IMG/VR virus record: IMGVR_UViG_3300029448_000014
Span: 1 to 64,000 of that record
DNA length: 64,000 nt
Direction: 5' to 3' (one strand)
Source: a virus
The stretch's first letter is position 1. The number at the start of each line of letters is the position of its first letter. The notes beneath the pieces were generated by a model. It saw only the letters and a program-made list of their open reading frames with translations. It was not told the origin of the DNA and did no database searches. The position numbers and the translations under genes are program-made. This document shows, piece by piece, positions 36,854-47,750 of this stretch.

Positions 36854-37018
36854 CAATTTATTGATTGAAGAACAAGAAAAAACACAGCCGGTGTTAACCG
36901 GCGTGTATTTCAAAGGTTTCTTCCATTGGTAAGAGTGGCAGCAAAGCCAATCCACACAGTGGTGCTTCAAAATTAAGAGCTAAAGTTAGTGCAGCATAAA
37001 ATGTGATTGCGATACGGT

Positions 37019-37381
37019 TCAAGAGACATTGCAATCGCAAGGGTCTTCACCGAGATCTACTTTATCGAGGCATGAATATGCTATATGAATAAGCTTTTCA
37101 TCACCTGCCCATAGTAGGCAAGTATCATCTTTCTCACTAAACTTCTTGTCAGCTATAACATCGTGCCATGCACCTAAGTGACTAAGGATGCGAAGACCAA
37201 GAGCTTTTGCAGCAATTGGACCTGGATGATCTTCTTGAAGTGTTTCTATGAGTGCATCAATATATACATCTAAATCGACTTTAGCTCCGTCAGAAGTTTC
37301 TGCAGGGACAAAGTCTGGTTCAGCATCGACTTGAAGACTGAGCAGCTGATTTCGTGAAATGCTGTCAGGTATGAATGTCAT
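37019..37381 (-). CDS. hypothetical protein
   Basis: Cassette gene after the hairpin at ~37414. Confidence 0.65.
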   Translation of the reverse strand: MTFIPDSISRNQLLSLQVDAEPDFVPAETSDGAKVDLDVYIDALIETLQEDHPGPIAAKALGLRILSHLGAWHDVIADKKFSEKDDTCLLWAGDEKLIHIAYSCLDKVDLGEDPCDCNVS

Positions 37382-37439
37382 TATTTATTGACTAAGAACA
37401 TAAAAAACCAAGGCCGTCGTTAGATCGGCCAAGGTTGGA

Positions 37440-38570
37440 TTAAAACGGAAGGTGGACTATTCCACTCCCGTTATGTATGTACAACAAAGGTTCAATGTTG
37501 TGATTCTTACGAAGGGAGTGAGCTGCATGTGTAGCTAAGTCCTTATCTCCGTAAGGTAGTACATTTGTAGACCCACGGGGGGTCTTGTACTGCAGGTAGT
37601 AGGTCATCAAGGATGAGGCCTCCTGCATGTTCGAATGTCTTCGTCGTAGTCATCATAAAGACTTTCAATCCACGCAAGATGGACTGCACGTCTATGCTCT
37701 ACATTTTCGCGCCACTCAGAAGTACCGGGATGGTCTTCAGGATCTAGCGCAGGTTCATAAGCCATATTAGATAAACAAAGGATATGAAGTTGTTACGCCT
37801 CAGACGAGGGATGTGCTCAATTGAGCCCAACCTGCATCGGAAATAAAGTTTCCGACGTTGTCTGTAAAGAGTGGAGCGGAACCATCTGGTAGGACGGCGC
37901 ACTGTGCCTCTTCAGTGAGGTAGTTGTAAGCATCTTCGTTTAGAGGCATAACCAACGAGAGTCCAGGAATAGCTGTGTTGCTAATGATCTGGAAGTCTGT
38001 GGTTACTGCCATTTAGGTTTTGAAGTTATAGAACATTAAAACCAACTCCCGGTATTAACCGGGAAGGCTGTGAGGTTGTTCAGGCTGTTATTTAGCAAAC
38101 CTGCTTGTTTCTATTTATAGCACCTATTTCTTACTGGTATTTACCTGAGCCGGTCCTATTACGTGAGAATCCGTACATAAGGACAACAGCAGTTGAGGTA
38201 ACCCCTATTAGCCCAATTACAGCGAGAATAATGTTTGATTCAGAGAAGATCATGGTTATAGATTAAAGTTCGTTAAAACCTATGACCGGCGTTAGCTCGG
38301 CAAAGGTTGGTTTAGAGTTAGTTTGGGCACCTACTTGTTTCTATTACCGCATTTTTATAAGCCCGCTACCCAACCGCTATTAATGCAGTTAGTAATGACT
38401 TGATGAGCTTCATCGTAGGTAATAATACCTTCGTGAGCGGCAATATTTAGCTCGACAGCTATTTCATAACAGATGTTAGAAGGCTCATGTTCAATGACAG
38501 GTATTTCTATGGGACTAGCAGTTACGGGAGCAACTATTAGCAATAGCCATATACAAGGTAGAAGCATCAT
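37440..38570 (-). CDS. several small early hypothetical genes (including 37440-37628, 37800-38012 and 38355-38570)
   Basis: Short ORFs in hairpin-bounded units. Confidence 0.5.
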
Positions 38571-38649
38571 AGTGTTCTTTATAGTGGGTTCTTTATATTG
38601 TCTTAATGTCGCCTAACATTTACAATAGGCGTATGTACATCATACGAAT

Positions 38650-39015
38650 ATGCGACACAAATTAAGAGATAGAATAATGTCCGTCGGACGGAATATACGC
38701 AACTTCGATGATGCATACAGTCAAGAGATTGCGCAGATGTACGAAGGAGCTAATCCAGTCGTAAGAGCTGCCAGTTACATGGTAGGAGGAGCACATCCTT
38801 CATTTCGGAAAGGCGAATTGAGTAAAGGGATGGGTCCTGAAACACGTAGAGAGCAGATGCTACGTAACGCGATGGAGTACGGGGTACCAGCAATGAACGC
38901 TGTCCCCAAATACGTAGTACCAGTCGCCGGAGTGACGCTGGCAGGGAGGGGGTTGATTGATCTAACGAATGCGTTCACCAATCAACAGACCCCAAACACT
39001 GTTATGCCTGACTAG
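38650..39015 (+). CDS. hypothetical protein (lone plus-strand gene)
   Basis: TACAAT box upstream; ends before the hairpin at 39045. Confidence 0.65.
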   Translation: MRHKLRDRIMSVGRNIRNFDDAYSQEIAQMYEGANPVVRAASYMVGGAHPSFRKGELSKGMGPETRREQMLRNAMEYGVPAMNAVPKYVVPVAGVTLAGRGLIDLTNAFTNQQTPNTVMPD

Positions 39016-39111
39016 ACATAGCTACCAAGCATGTAAAAAAGAGCCCAGCGTTAGCCGGCCTCTTGTGAACTCCTAATCTTGAGTAAATTAGGAGACGATT
39101 AGAAATATGTC

Positions 39112-40519
39112 CTACGCAGCTACTGGTGGAGCAGCTTCTGTAGGAACAGTAACCGTCTGCTTATCAGCATCGTTCTTCTTAGCTTTGTTAGCGTCTGCTT
39201 GACGAGCAAGAGACTTGGCATAGCTGAAGGAGCCACCAACGACAACACTGTCGATGGAGCCATCTTCTTGTTGAAGTCCAACGTCGAAAATGTCGTACTG
39301 AGAATCAGTAGTGCCGACACGCTCGAAAAGACGGACAGAAACATCTTGTCCAGGGATCTTGAAAATCATATGCTTAATAACGAAGTGAACTGCTCTGATA
39401 GAGCATAAAAACCATGCCCGGCATTAGCCGGGTAAGGTGGCTGTTCAAACAGAGAGCAGTTCAAGCTCTTGCTGTAGATGGCTAGGTAGCTCAGTAGACC
39501 ATGGGTCATTGAGAAATACCTTCTTATGAATTGGCTTAGTAGGTACTAGTCCAGGTTCATAGCCATAGCTGATCCATGACTTGTAGCAAGAGCGAAGCTC
39601 AGCTAACGAAGCAAAGGCTTTACACGAAGGTTTGCAACCGCCAAAGGCGAAGAAGCAACCGTCGTCAGTCTGAACGAAACGCCAGACAGAAAGACCTTGC
39701 TTGGTCATTTTGGATACAACAGCTAAATTAGTCATTTGAATTTATGAAAAGAACACTAATAAGAAAACCCGGCGTTAGCCGGGGTAGATAGTTAGGAACC
39801 TATCACCACCATCCAAAGGATGACAGTGAAGGTTAGTAAGAAATAGATGATCAAAGGTACTTAATAGATACACAGTATTTAGTTGTGCCAGAAAAGCCAC
39901 GTACAGATATCAATGTATGAGTAGTGGATTGAGCTTGACAATCACGTGAGGCAATCTCATTGTTCATTGCAGTAAGAGGAATGAGTGAGATAAATCCCAT
40001 GGTGATGCCAAACAAGATGGCGGAGGAATACTTGAACATTAGTGAAAGCAAATGATTACATAGAAATAGAAGCCCGGTATTTGCCGGGCAATGTGTCAGT
40101 TCCCGTTGAGGAACTCAGCAATTTCCCAGTCGTAGTCTGCTTCACAAGCGAAGTAGCGACCGTGGATGGTACAAGGAAATGTACGCTTAGTAGGAGACGT
40201 AGACTGATGAACTTCACGTTCAGTCATTCCAGTCTGCTGCATTATGTTAGTCACATAAGGATTAGTGGACATAGTAGTTAATGAGATATAGAACAATAAA
40301 AAACACAACCGGCATTAGCCGGAGTGTTGGCAGTTGTTAGAAAGGGATGTCAGTGTCGTTGGGAGCAACTATCTTGTGGACACTGGTTTCAGCGTTTACA
40401 TCTTCGTATGTAGCAGCATATGCATCTGCTTCATCGCGAGAGTTGAACTCGAAGTAGTTGTCCTCGGCGTAACCATCGTCACAGGACATGGTACTTACAC
40501 GACACATGTAGATAAACAT
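39112..40519 (-). CDS. five single-gene cassettes (39112-39369, 39445-39735, 39851-40039, 40096-40272, 40337-40519)
   Basis: Each ORF starts about 35-50 nt after a CCGG hairpin. Confidence 0.65.
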
Positions 40520-41259
40520 AGTAGTTAATTGATTAAGATCACAAGACATAGAGCCGTTGTTAAACGGCGAAGGGTTATGGATGTTCGGTAGGTGTGGTAG
40601 GAGAATATACTTATGGGTAACTGATTGAGACTAAGGATCACTTAAGAAACACACAAGTATTGGGTAAATGTTGCAACGGAAGTAAGACTTAAGTTGCTAA
40701 TTGCAATAACTTATGTGAACGCAAGATGGAAACGAAAGTTAATTCGTAAGAAAACTTATGCATGATACGAAATCGTATCGCAAAAGAATTAACTTGAGTT
40801 TACTTGCGTGAATCGTGAGTGAAATCGTAAGTGTAACTTACGGTTGATCGAACAAATGCATACGTGAACGAGCGAAGCGAGTGAACAACTGTAGTTATAC
40901 ACTAACTTTTAATCGTAAGTGCAAACGGTTGTTATAACGGCTGTTCTTCCCTTTTTTTTGTTTGAGTAACCTGATGGGTAGTGAGTATATTAGACCAGTC
41001 GAGAAAATCATATTAATTTACGGTTCCTATAGGGTTTTTTGTCAATAAGCCGCGTGCGTATATAACTATAAAATATTTTTTCAACTTTTTTGCCGCCCAT
41101 AGAAAGTTTCTTGCCAAAGACTCACGTGCTCTGCTTATTTGGCAAACGAATGTTCGTCCACTACCTAACTCATACCGACTACGGATAAAGGCTGTGTTTT
41201 GATACCCACAAATTCCACAGATAGTGCATGTTTGCGCAATTTATTGGAGTCGAGCACTA

Positions 41260-41384
41260 ATAACCACGCAAACCACGGTAAAACACGTTAATCCCTATAA
41301 ACCTATTCCGTTATTCCTCTCTCTGTACCCCTATTTAAAAATGCTCTTTATAGAGAGTAGTGTGGTAAGTGTGGTTTTGTAGTA
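41260..41384. repeat. inverted-iteron element copy C
   Basis: ATAACCACGCAAACCACG (41260) and TGTGGTAAGTGTGGTTTT (41361), followed by GTAGT. Confidence 0.6.
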
Positions 41385-41416
41385 GTTACTATTGAGTTGA
41401 TAGAAGCGGCATCTCA

Positions 41417-41743
41417 ATGTTTAAAACTAGTGAAGACAGATGGAGAGATAGAAGCTTGCGATTAGCTTTCGGAGATGATATAGGATATGACGCTGCTAAA
41501 AATGCCCTAAAACAACGTTATGGTGTAGGGAAAATAGTAAAAGGACCATCTAATCCATCTGTAAGAATTCCTGATGGAAAAACTACGGAGATCGCAACAC
41601 CAATTCAGTCAATACCTACTGCATATGCAGAAGAAACAGTAATGCCTGCCTATTTGACTGCTGATACTAGAGAAAATACTGAGGCCGCACAAAAAGCACA
41701 AGCTGTTTTACGGCAATATCTTTCAACGATGAAGGATCGTTAA
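41417..41743 (+). CDS. hypothetical protein
   Basis: First gene of the plus-strand late block. Confidence 0.65.
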   Translation: MFKTSEDRWRDRSLRLAFGDDIGYDAAKNALKQRYGVGKIVKGPSNPSVRIPDGKTTEIATPIQSIPTAYAEETVMPAYLTADTRENTEAAQKAQAVLRQYLSTMKDR

Positions 41744-41769
41744 ACTAAAGGTACTGTAATATCAGATTA

Positions 41770-42060
41770 ATGCGTAACATAGCTGAAGAAAGTAGACAAC
41801 GTAATTTCTTGAAGAGAAGTCGTCAGGAAATGATTGACAAGGCTATGTGTAAGCCTGGATATACCTGGAATGAAACTCTGAAGAGGTGCCTGCCTGCTTA
41901 TGTCGGTGATATGGATAATGTAATCGAAATTCCAGAACAACCAATAGAAAAACCTGTGCCGGAAACAATCGCGATGCCAAAATCAGAGATGCCACAACTT
42001 AAGGCTCCGGATAAGGCAATTGCTAAAGAAGTAAGTAAAAGGTCAATTAAAAAAAGATAA
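41770..42060 (+). CDS. hypothetical protein with a CxxGYxWNxxxKRC module
   Basis: CKPGYTWNETLKRC. Confidence 0.65.
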   Translation: MRNIAEESRQRNFLKRSRQEMIDKAMCKPGYTWNETLKRCLPAYVGDMDNVIEIPEQPIEKPVPETIAMPKSEMPQLKAPDKAIAKEVSKRSIKKR

Positions 42061-42101
42061 AATGATTGTAGAATTAAGTTATTAAGACATTAAATTGAGC
42101 A

Positions 42102-43169
42102 ATGAATTCATACGGAAATGAACCGACCTTTCAGCAGCTTATTGCAAAAGGCCTTAATTATTATAATAATAATTTATACGGTGAGAATGGGGGATATTTC
42201 AACAAAATAAATCAAACGCCTGGGAAAAAATATTTAAATAAGGATGTAACTCTAAACAACGTTTATGGAAGTCTACCTTCAGACTATAAAAGAACTGAAC
42301 TTTTGGCAAGAGGTGACATTTATGGAGCTCTACCTTCAGACTATAAATCAACAGAATTAGCAACCCGTAATGTAACAAAAGATAGTGGCGCAAAAGGTAC
42401 TCAAACCAGCCCTGGTCGTGGGATGAATATCATGTCTATGAAGAATGCTGATGATTTGTATAAAGAGCTTGGACTAGGCCCATATCATCAGAATAATCCG
42501 TTTTCTCAAAAGCTTGATACTTCAAACACTAATTTCCCTACTGAACCAATCACTGGCATTGATACAGGTGAGATGGGAGATTATATGGGACCGGCTAGCA
42601 CTAATTTTTTCAATAATGAAGCTGCATCAAATATTGAGGGAATCCCTACAGCAAAATTATTTTCTAAGGAATTAGATCTAGATATTGCTGACAAGCCTGA
42701 AACACAAAGGGAGCGTGCAAGGAGAGCGTTTCTTGACACCGATGAATCCATGAAAGCGCTTCGTGCCCGTGACAGAGAATTAGGCATGATGTATGCAGGT
42801 GGAAACTATTATGAATTAGGAGATGACGGTGAATTCCAAAAAAATGCAGATGGAAAAACAAACAAACCCCTTACTGCTGAAGAGTTTAAAGATAGATTTA
42901 AAAATAATTTAATTTCAAGTAAAGCATCAGAAAACCCCTTTGCTCAGCAACCAGCTCCAGCCTCATTTGATACTGAATTTAATACTGAGAGAAAAGTTGA
43001 TATCGGAACTACACAAGATCTCGGGAATCAATTTGACATGGAGAATGCGTTTGACTTTAATAATCCAGAAACTCCAAAATACAAAGATGAATATTTTAAT
43101 GGTGAGATTGATTTAAGTAAAATACTAGGTGAAGATTTCAATAGAACCCCTTATATGAGATCCAAATAA
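42102..43169 (+). CDS. putative virion/internal protein
   Basis: 355 aa; repeat YG.LPSDYK.TEL occurs twice. Confidence 0.7.
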   Translation: MNSYGNEPTFQQLIAKGLNYYNNNLYGENGGYFNKINQTPGKKYLNKDVTLNNVYGSLPSDYKRTELLARGDIYGALPSDYKSTELATRNVTKDSGAKGTQTSPGRGMNIMSMKNADDLYKELGLGPYHQNNPFSQKLDTSNTNFPTEPITGIDTGEMGDYMGPASTNFFNNEAASNIEGIPTAKLFSKELDLDIADKPETQRERARRAFLDTDESMKALRARDRELGMMYAGGNYYELGDDGEFQKNADGKTNKPLTAEEFKDRFKNNLISSKASENPFAQQPAPASFDTEFNTERKVDIGTTQDLGNQFDMENAFDFNNPETPKYKDEYFNGEIDLSKILGEDFNRTPYMRSK

Positions 43170-43218
43170 AGTTAATACAAAACTTTCTACAATAGGTTTA
43201 GGTTTATAAGTAACGAAT

Positions 43219-45288
43219 GTGTCTTTAGAAGATATTCAACGCATCCATAATCGGGTCATTACCGGTATAGGTAATACATCTGCTAGCAATAACTTTAAGC
43301 AGCATAAAAATGACCTCAATAGTAAGCTAATTGCAAGTGCAGAAGCATTTGCTGCTGGTCGAACACTTGGGATGAGCGAAGAAGAGACACTTGCTGCTAT
43401 CTCAAGAAGCCTACGTAAGCAAAAACGCGCTGATGACAGGGTTTCACAAGATGATATTGAGCGTAGATTAATACAATCTTCAAAAACCCTCACTGATCCA
43501 GCCAATCCTGCTGAAATTAAAGGTGTATCACTACGAGAAGAGCCTGAAGTAGACCCATTCGGGCAAGATCAGGGTCAATATTATGAATATAGGGAAGGAG
43601 ATAGTCAATATACAGACCAACAACGTAGAAATACGCTCGAAGCCATGGCTGACATGGAAGCTCGGGACGAAATGGGACAAAGAGTTTACGATCGCTACGG
43701 TGTTCAGCTAAACAACAACGTCAATCCAGCTGATTACGACGAATTAGCTGCTGAATTGGAAACATTACGAGGAACAAGTGCAAGTGCAGGCGACAGATCG
43801 CCAGTTGCTCCACAATCTGCACTCAGAGACGCTGTTGCACGCCTCAATGCCGCTGAATCTCAACAATCAGGCTTAATGTCTAAAGTCAGAGGACTAATTG
43901 GCGGTAATCCAGAAGAAATTCCTGGATTAGTCGGCATAAGAGGCGAATTAGAGGATGAACTACAGGCTGGCAAGGTTCAACGTGATGCTGATTCTGCATT
44001 ATCCCAAGAAATGGTCCGAAGAGATAACGAGAGGTTCTCTGGTCGTCGTGCAGGCTATAGCAACGTAAAAGCTGCGATGGAAGCAGAAGATATCGGTGAA
44101 ACAATGTATCGCCCTTCATCTACTTATCCAGGAATTGAGCTGCCTGCAGTACGTGCAGATAAAACAATAGCTGCTATCGGAGCTGCAAATCCACGTCAAT
44201 TCCCAGTCGCAGGCTTCAATGATGGAGGTATCGCGTTAGATCCAGCTACCGGTAACCCAATCGGTATGCAGGGTATGGATATTTATACAGGTCCTAATAC
44301 GGATTCTGGTTCAACTCTAAATGCACCTATGACGACTAGGGCATGGATGGTTGAGAAACAACCAGGATATAGAGAAGGCGGAAGAATGTTTGGAGACTTC
44401 CCTCAAGCAGGTGTAACTGCAGCAACATCTTTATTTGCAGACCGTATCCGGGGAATGGAAGGAGCAGAAGAGGGATCACGACCATTCAGTAATGTGTCAC
44501 CAAACATTCGAAGTATCAGCGAACTTCAACGCGCTGCTGATGCCGTTATTGCCGATACACCTGGACCTTTTTACACAAAAGAGGTAAATCCAGAAGGTGG
44601 TCGGATGATTAGTAGAAAGCAGCAGATCCCAGATATTCGAGGTGTTCTAGGCAAATTACGTTATACACCTGCCCAAGAAGCTGAACTAGCAAATGCAATG
44701 TATCAATTGGAAGTAGCTCAGGCAACTGAAATCAATCAAAACGGAAAAGGTCAGTACTACACGCGAACTGGCCCAATGGGCAAATTAGAACCAACTGGTT
44801 TCGGAGGCACAACACCAGGTGGAGCAAAAGTCTTCTTTAACTCACCTGAAGCAATTGACCCTCGTGCTGGACAAGCTCCTGTTGCACGAATGAATCCAGG
44901 TCAAACAATTGAAGGCCGTGACATTGTCACCGCATTTAAGGGTCTGCCATCACCAGGAGCTCAACAACCATTCATTGGTCAAGTTGCTGATGAACCTCCA
45001 CGTATGAATAGATTTAATAGTACAGGTCAAACATCGCCTGAAGGTATTGAGCAAGCACTACGGCAACAGGAACAGGAGTTTGCATTTAAGAGGCAAAAGA
45101 CAGCAGCAAAGAAAGATCCACGCACAATCGTAAGACCAGTTGAACAGCAACCAGTAGATGAATCAGCGCTTCGAGGTAAAGTAGTAAAAGCACAACTTAC
45201 GCAAGAACGTGCTAATCGTGACGCTAAAAAACGTCAGGCCAAACAGACCGAAATTATGCAGTACATTCCACGTAGGTTCAGAGGTTAA
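43219..45288 (+). CDS. putative virion/internal protein
   Basis: 689 aa in the late block. Confidence 0.75.
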   Translation: MSLEDIQRIHNRVITGIGNTSASNNFKQHKNDLNSKLIASAEAFAAGRTLGMSEEETLAAISRSLRKQKRADDRVSQDDIERRLIQSSKTLTDPANPAEIKGVSLREEPEVDPFGQDQGQYYEYREGDSQYTDQQRRNTLEAMADMEARDEMGQRVYDRYGVQLNNNVNPADYDELAAELETLRGTSASAGDRSPVAPQSALRDAVARLNAAESQQSGLMSKVRGLIGGNPEEIPGLVGIRGELEDELQAGKVQRDADSALSQEMVRRDNERFSGRRAGYSNVKAAMEAEDIGETMYRPSSTYPGIELPAVRADKTIAAIGAANPRQFPVAGFNDGGIALDPATGNPIGMQGMDIYTGPNTDSGSTLNAPMTTRAWMVEKQPGYREGGRMFGDFPQAGVTAATSLFADRIRGMEGAEEGSRPFSNVSPNIRSISELQRAADAVIADTPGPFYTKEVNPEGGRMISRKQQIPDIRGVLGKLRYTPAQEAELANAMYQLEVAQATEINQNGKGQYYTRTGPMGKLEPTGFGGTTPGGAKVFFNSPEAIDPRAGQAPVARMNPGQTIEGRDIVTAFKGLPSPGAQQPFIGQVADEPPRMNRFNSTGQTSPEGIEQALRQQEQEFAFKRQKTAAKKDPRTIVRPVEQQPVDESALRGKVVKAQLTQERANRDAKKRQAKQTEIMQYIPRRFRG

Positions 45289-45290
45289 TC

Positions 45291-47724
45291 ATGGCATTTG
45301 ATCCAAAGGTAGTTCTACAAGGAAATGCCGATAAAAAGAAACTTGAAGAAAATCCAACCGTAGGATTTACTGCAAGCGGTGCAAGTAGTCCTGAACCTAC
45401 CGAGATATTAGGCCAAGACACTACGCGAATGGCAGGACCAGGTGGAGCCTTTGCATTCAAGATGATGCAAGATCCAGCTTTCGCCGAAAACATACAAGGC
45501 TGGAATGCGTTATTTGCACAATCAAACCAAGGCATGGAATTTAACCGAGCTAAAAATCAAATGGGAGCTGTTTAATCATGGGTTTAAGAATTGCAGGTAA
45601 TGCACTAAAGGGGTTAAGCGGTGGTGCTAAGAACCTTCTGTTCGGCGACATGGGTAAAAAGGCGATTGCAAAGAGATTGGCCTTTGATGCATTCTTTGGC
45701 GGTATGTCTGCAGTTCAAACTCCAGGTGATTTAGTAGACAAACTGATTGCTGGTGGGTCAACGTTTGCAGGAGGAGGCTTAACCGGTCTTGCGGCTGGTG
45801 GCATTGCTAGACGCACTCCAGGATTACGTAAGTTAGAAGGTGCAGCAGATTTGGTGGGTAGTTTTGGTGGTGATTATTTAGGAATGATGGCCGGCGACCA
45901 ACTGCAACGTGGAAAAGACGTATTGATGGGCGGTGAAGGTCGCACTGCTTGGGAAAGAATGAGTGCTGAACAGCAGGCGCAATATGCAGAGGAGCTAGAG
46001 CAACAAATTATGGCTCAGTACGGAATCATCCCAGGAACACGTGAACAGTATGCAGACCCAACCACGGGTTATGGAGTTGCGTAATGGTCAAGAAAACAGG
46101 AAGGCTTGCAAGATTTACAGAAGCCTTTAACGATGCTTATGGTGAAGGTCGTGAGGAGTGGACAAGGTCTTTTCGTCAAGGAAGGAAGGCTGAGGGCTTA
46201 GCAGAGAATGCGCCTCGCATGACTGAGATGACAGGTGCCTATCCAACAGGCATTCGTCTAGCTGAAGTCTTTCAAGATGCAGTAGGTCGCGGAGTAACAC
46301 CACAGGAGGCTGCTAGACGTCAGATCAGAGACGACCTAGGTATTGGCGCGAAAGAAGGGTCTGTAGAGCGAGCAGGGCAATTGCTAGGTACAGTTGGAGC
46401 AGACTTAACCCAAGACAACACTCGTAATTTCTACTGGTTAATGAATGCCGCTCAGGCTACGGGTAATGTTCTTGCTGAATCTGCAATGGGCAGTAAGCGT
46501 CTAGGAAATCCCAAGCTTTATGGCAAAAGCCAGATCAGGGATGAGAAAGGTATCCCATTTAGTATGAAGAACAAAGATGATGTTGAAATCGCAAAAGAAC
46601 GGGGTTTTCTAGATTCCAAAGGAAATCCAACAAAAGGTGTATCTATTGGAGATACAAATGAAAAGCTTTTAGAGAAGCGTAACTTTGAACCCGGCCACTT
46701 AGCTGCCTTAATGATTCCAACTGGAGTTGCTATTAATACAGGATTAGGATTGATGTCTCCGTTTGGTGGAGCTGAAGGTTATTGGGCAGCACTTCCTAGT
46801 TCAGAAGATCCCACAGTTACAGACAATGTATTAGGTGAAGTAGCCCTAAAATATTTCATGGGTAAAACAGGTAATCTATTGCCATACGATGAGTTCTCAA
46901 AAATAAGACCTGATGTAAGTCCTGAAGAATATGGACAATACAAAGCATGGAAATATAAAAGGGGTGAAGACTGGAATCCATTAGATGATGGAAAAACAAG
47001 TATGGGTGCTGGGCTGATCCGCACCACAAATGAAGGTATCCATGGTCCTGAACTTCAGTTTATGGGACGAAGCCTTCCTGTTACTACTGGAATCGTGCCT
47101 TACATCGGAGCACTTGCTGGTGGCATTGCTGGCGTCAGAGCACAGAGACCAATTCGAGGTGGAATGATCGGTGGCCTCGGTGGACTAGCTGCTGGCCAAG
47201 TTGTAGGACAATTACTTGAAAGTGAGCGTAGGCGTAGAAATCAAATTGAAAACCAATCTAACATTCCTCAGTATTGATAAACTATAAGAATATATGACTA
47301 AATTCCAATGACAAGAATGGCGGGTAGTGTTAAAGGTATCTCAAGTTTCTTGAACCTGAAGCCCGGATATGGAAATATTGGAGGTCAAGGGATACAAGAT
47401 ACAGCACAAGAAATTGCAACAATAATGCAAGGAAATGAAATGGCAGCAGATGCAGGATTGAACGCAGTAACAGATACAACATCAGCAAAAAACTTTGGTT
47501 CTAGCATAAACAGTATTGCAGGCTACGAAGCTGGTGCTGACATATTTGGGAGTGTTATGGACAATGTAGTAACACCACTTGGAAACGTAGCTATTTCCAA
47601 ATTTGGTAAACCTAAAGATACTACACAAGGTACAACATTTGGTACATTTGGTGATTACTCTGGCGGCTTAAAGAATTACGATCCAGGAGTTTGGACCACT
47701 AACCTCAGATTTGGAAAAAGCTAA
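45291..47724 (+). CDS. four Gly/Ala-rich putative virion proteins (45291-45575, 45578-46084, 46084-47277, 47308-47724)
   Basis: Contiguous ORFs with glycine-zipper-like segments. Confidence 0.7.
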
Positions 47725-47750
47725 AATGAATAAAGGCAGGACTTAAACAA

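Larger units (their letters stand above)
36069..40567 (-). repeat. dense array of CCGG-hairpin repeats separating early genes
   Basis: Copies at 36069, 36582, 36888, ~37414, 38049, 38286, 39045, 39418, 39769, 40074, 40309 and 40554. Confidence 0.85.

Noticed and set aside
36069-40567. Reading the CCGG repeats as a CRISPR array
   Set aside because: Spacing is irregular (hundreds of bp), the intervals are ORFs, the core is only 14 bp, and no cas genes are present.
36069-40567. Reading the repeats as integron attC sites (GTTAGCC/GTTAGAT cores plus a tyrosine recombinase)
   Set aside because: The hairpins are far shorter than attC sites, lack the R/L box architecture, and I see no IntI-specific insertion in the recombinase.
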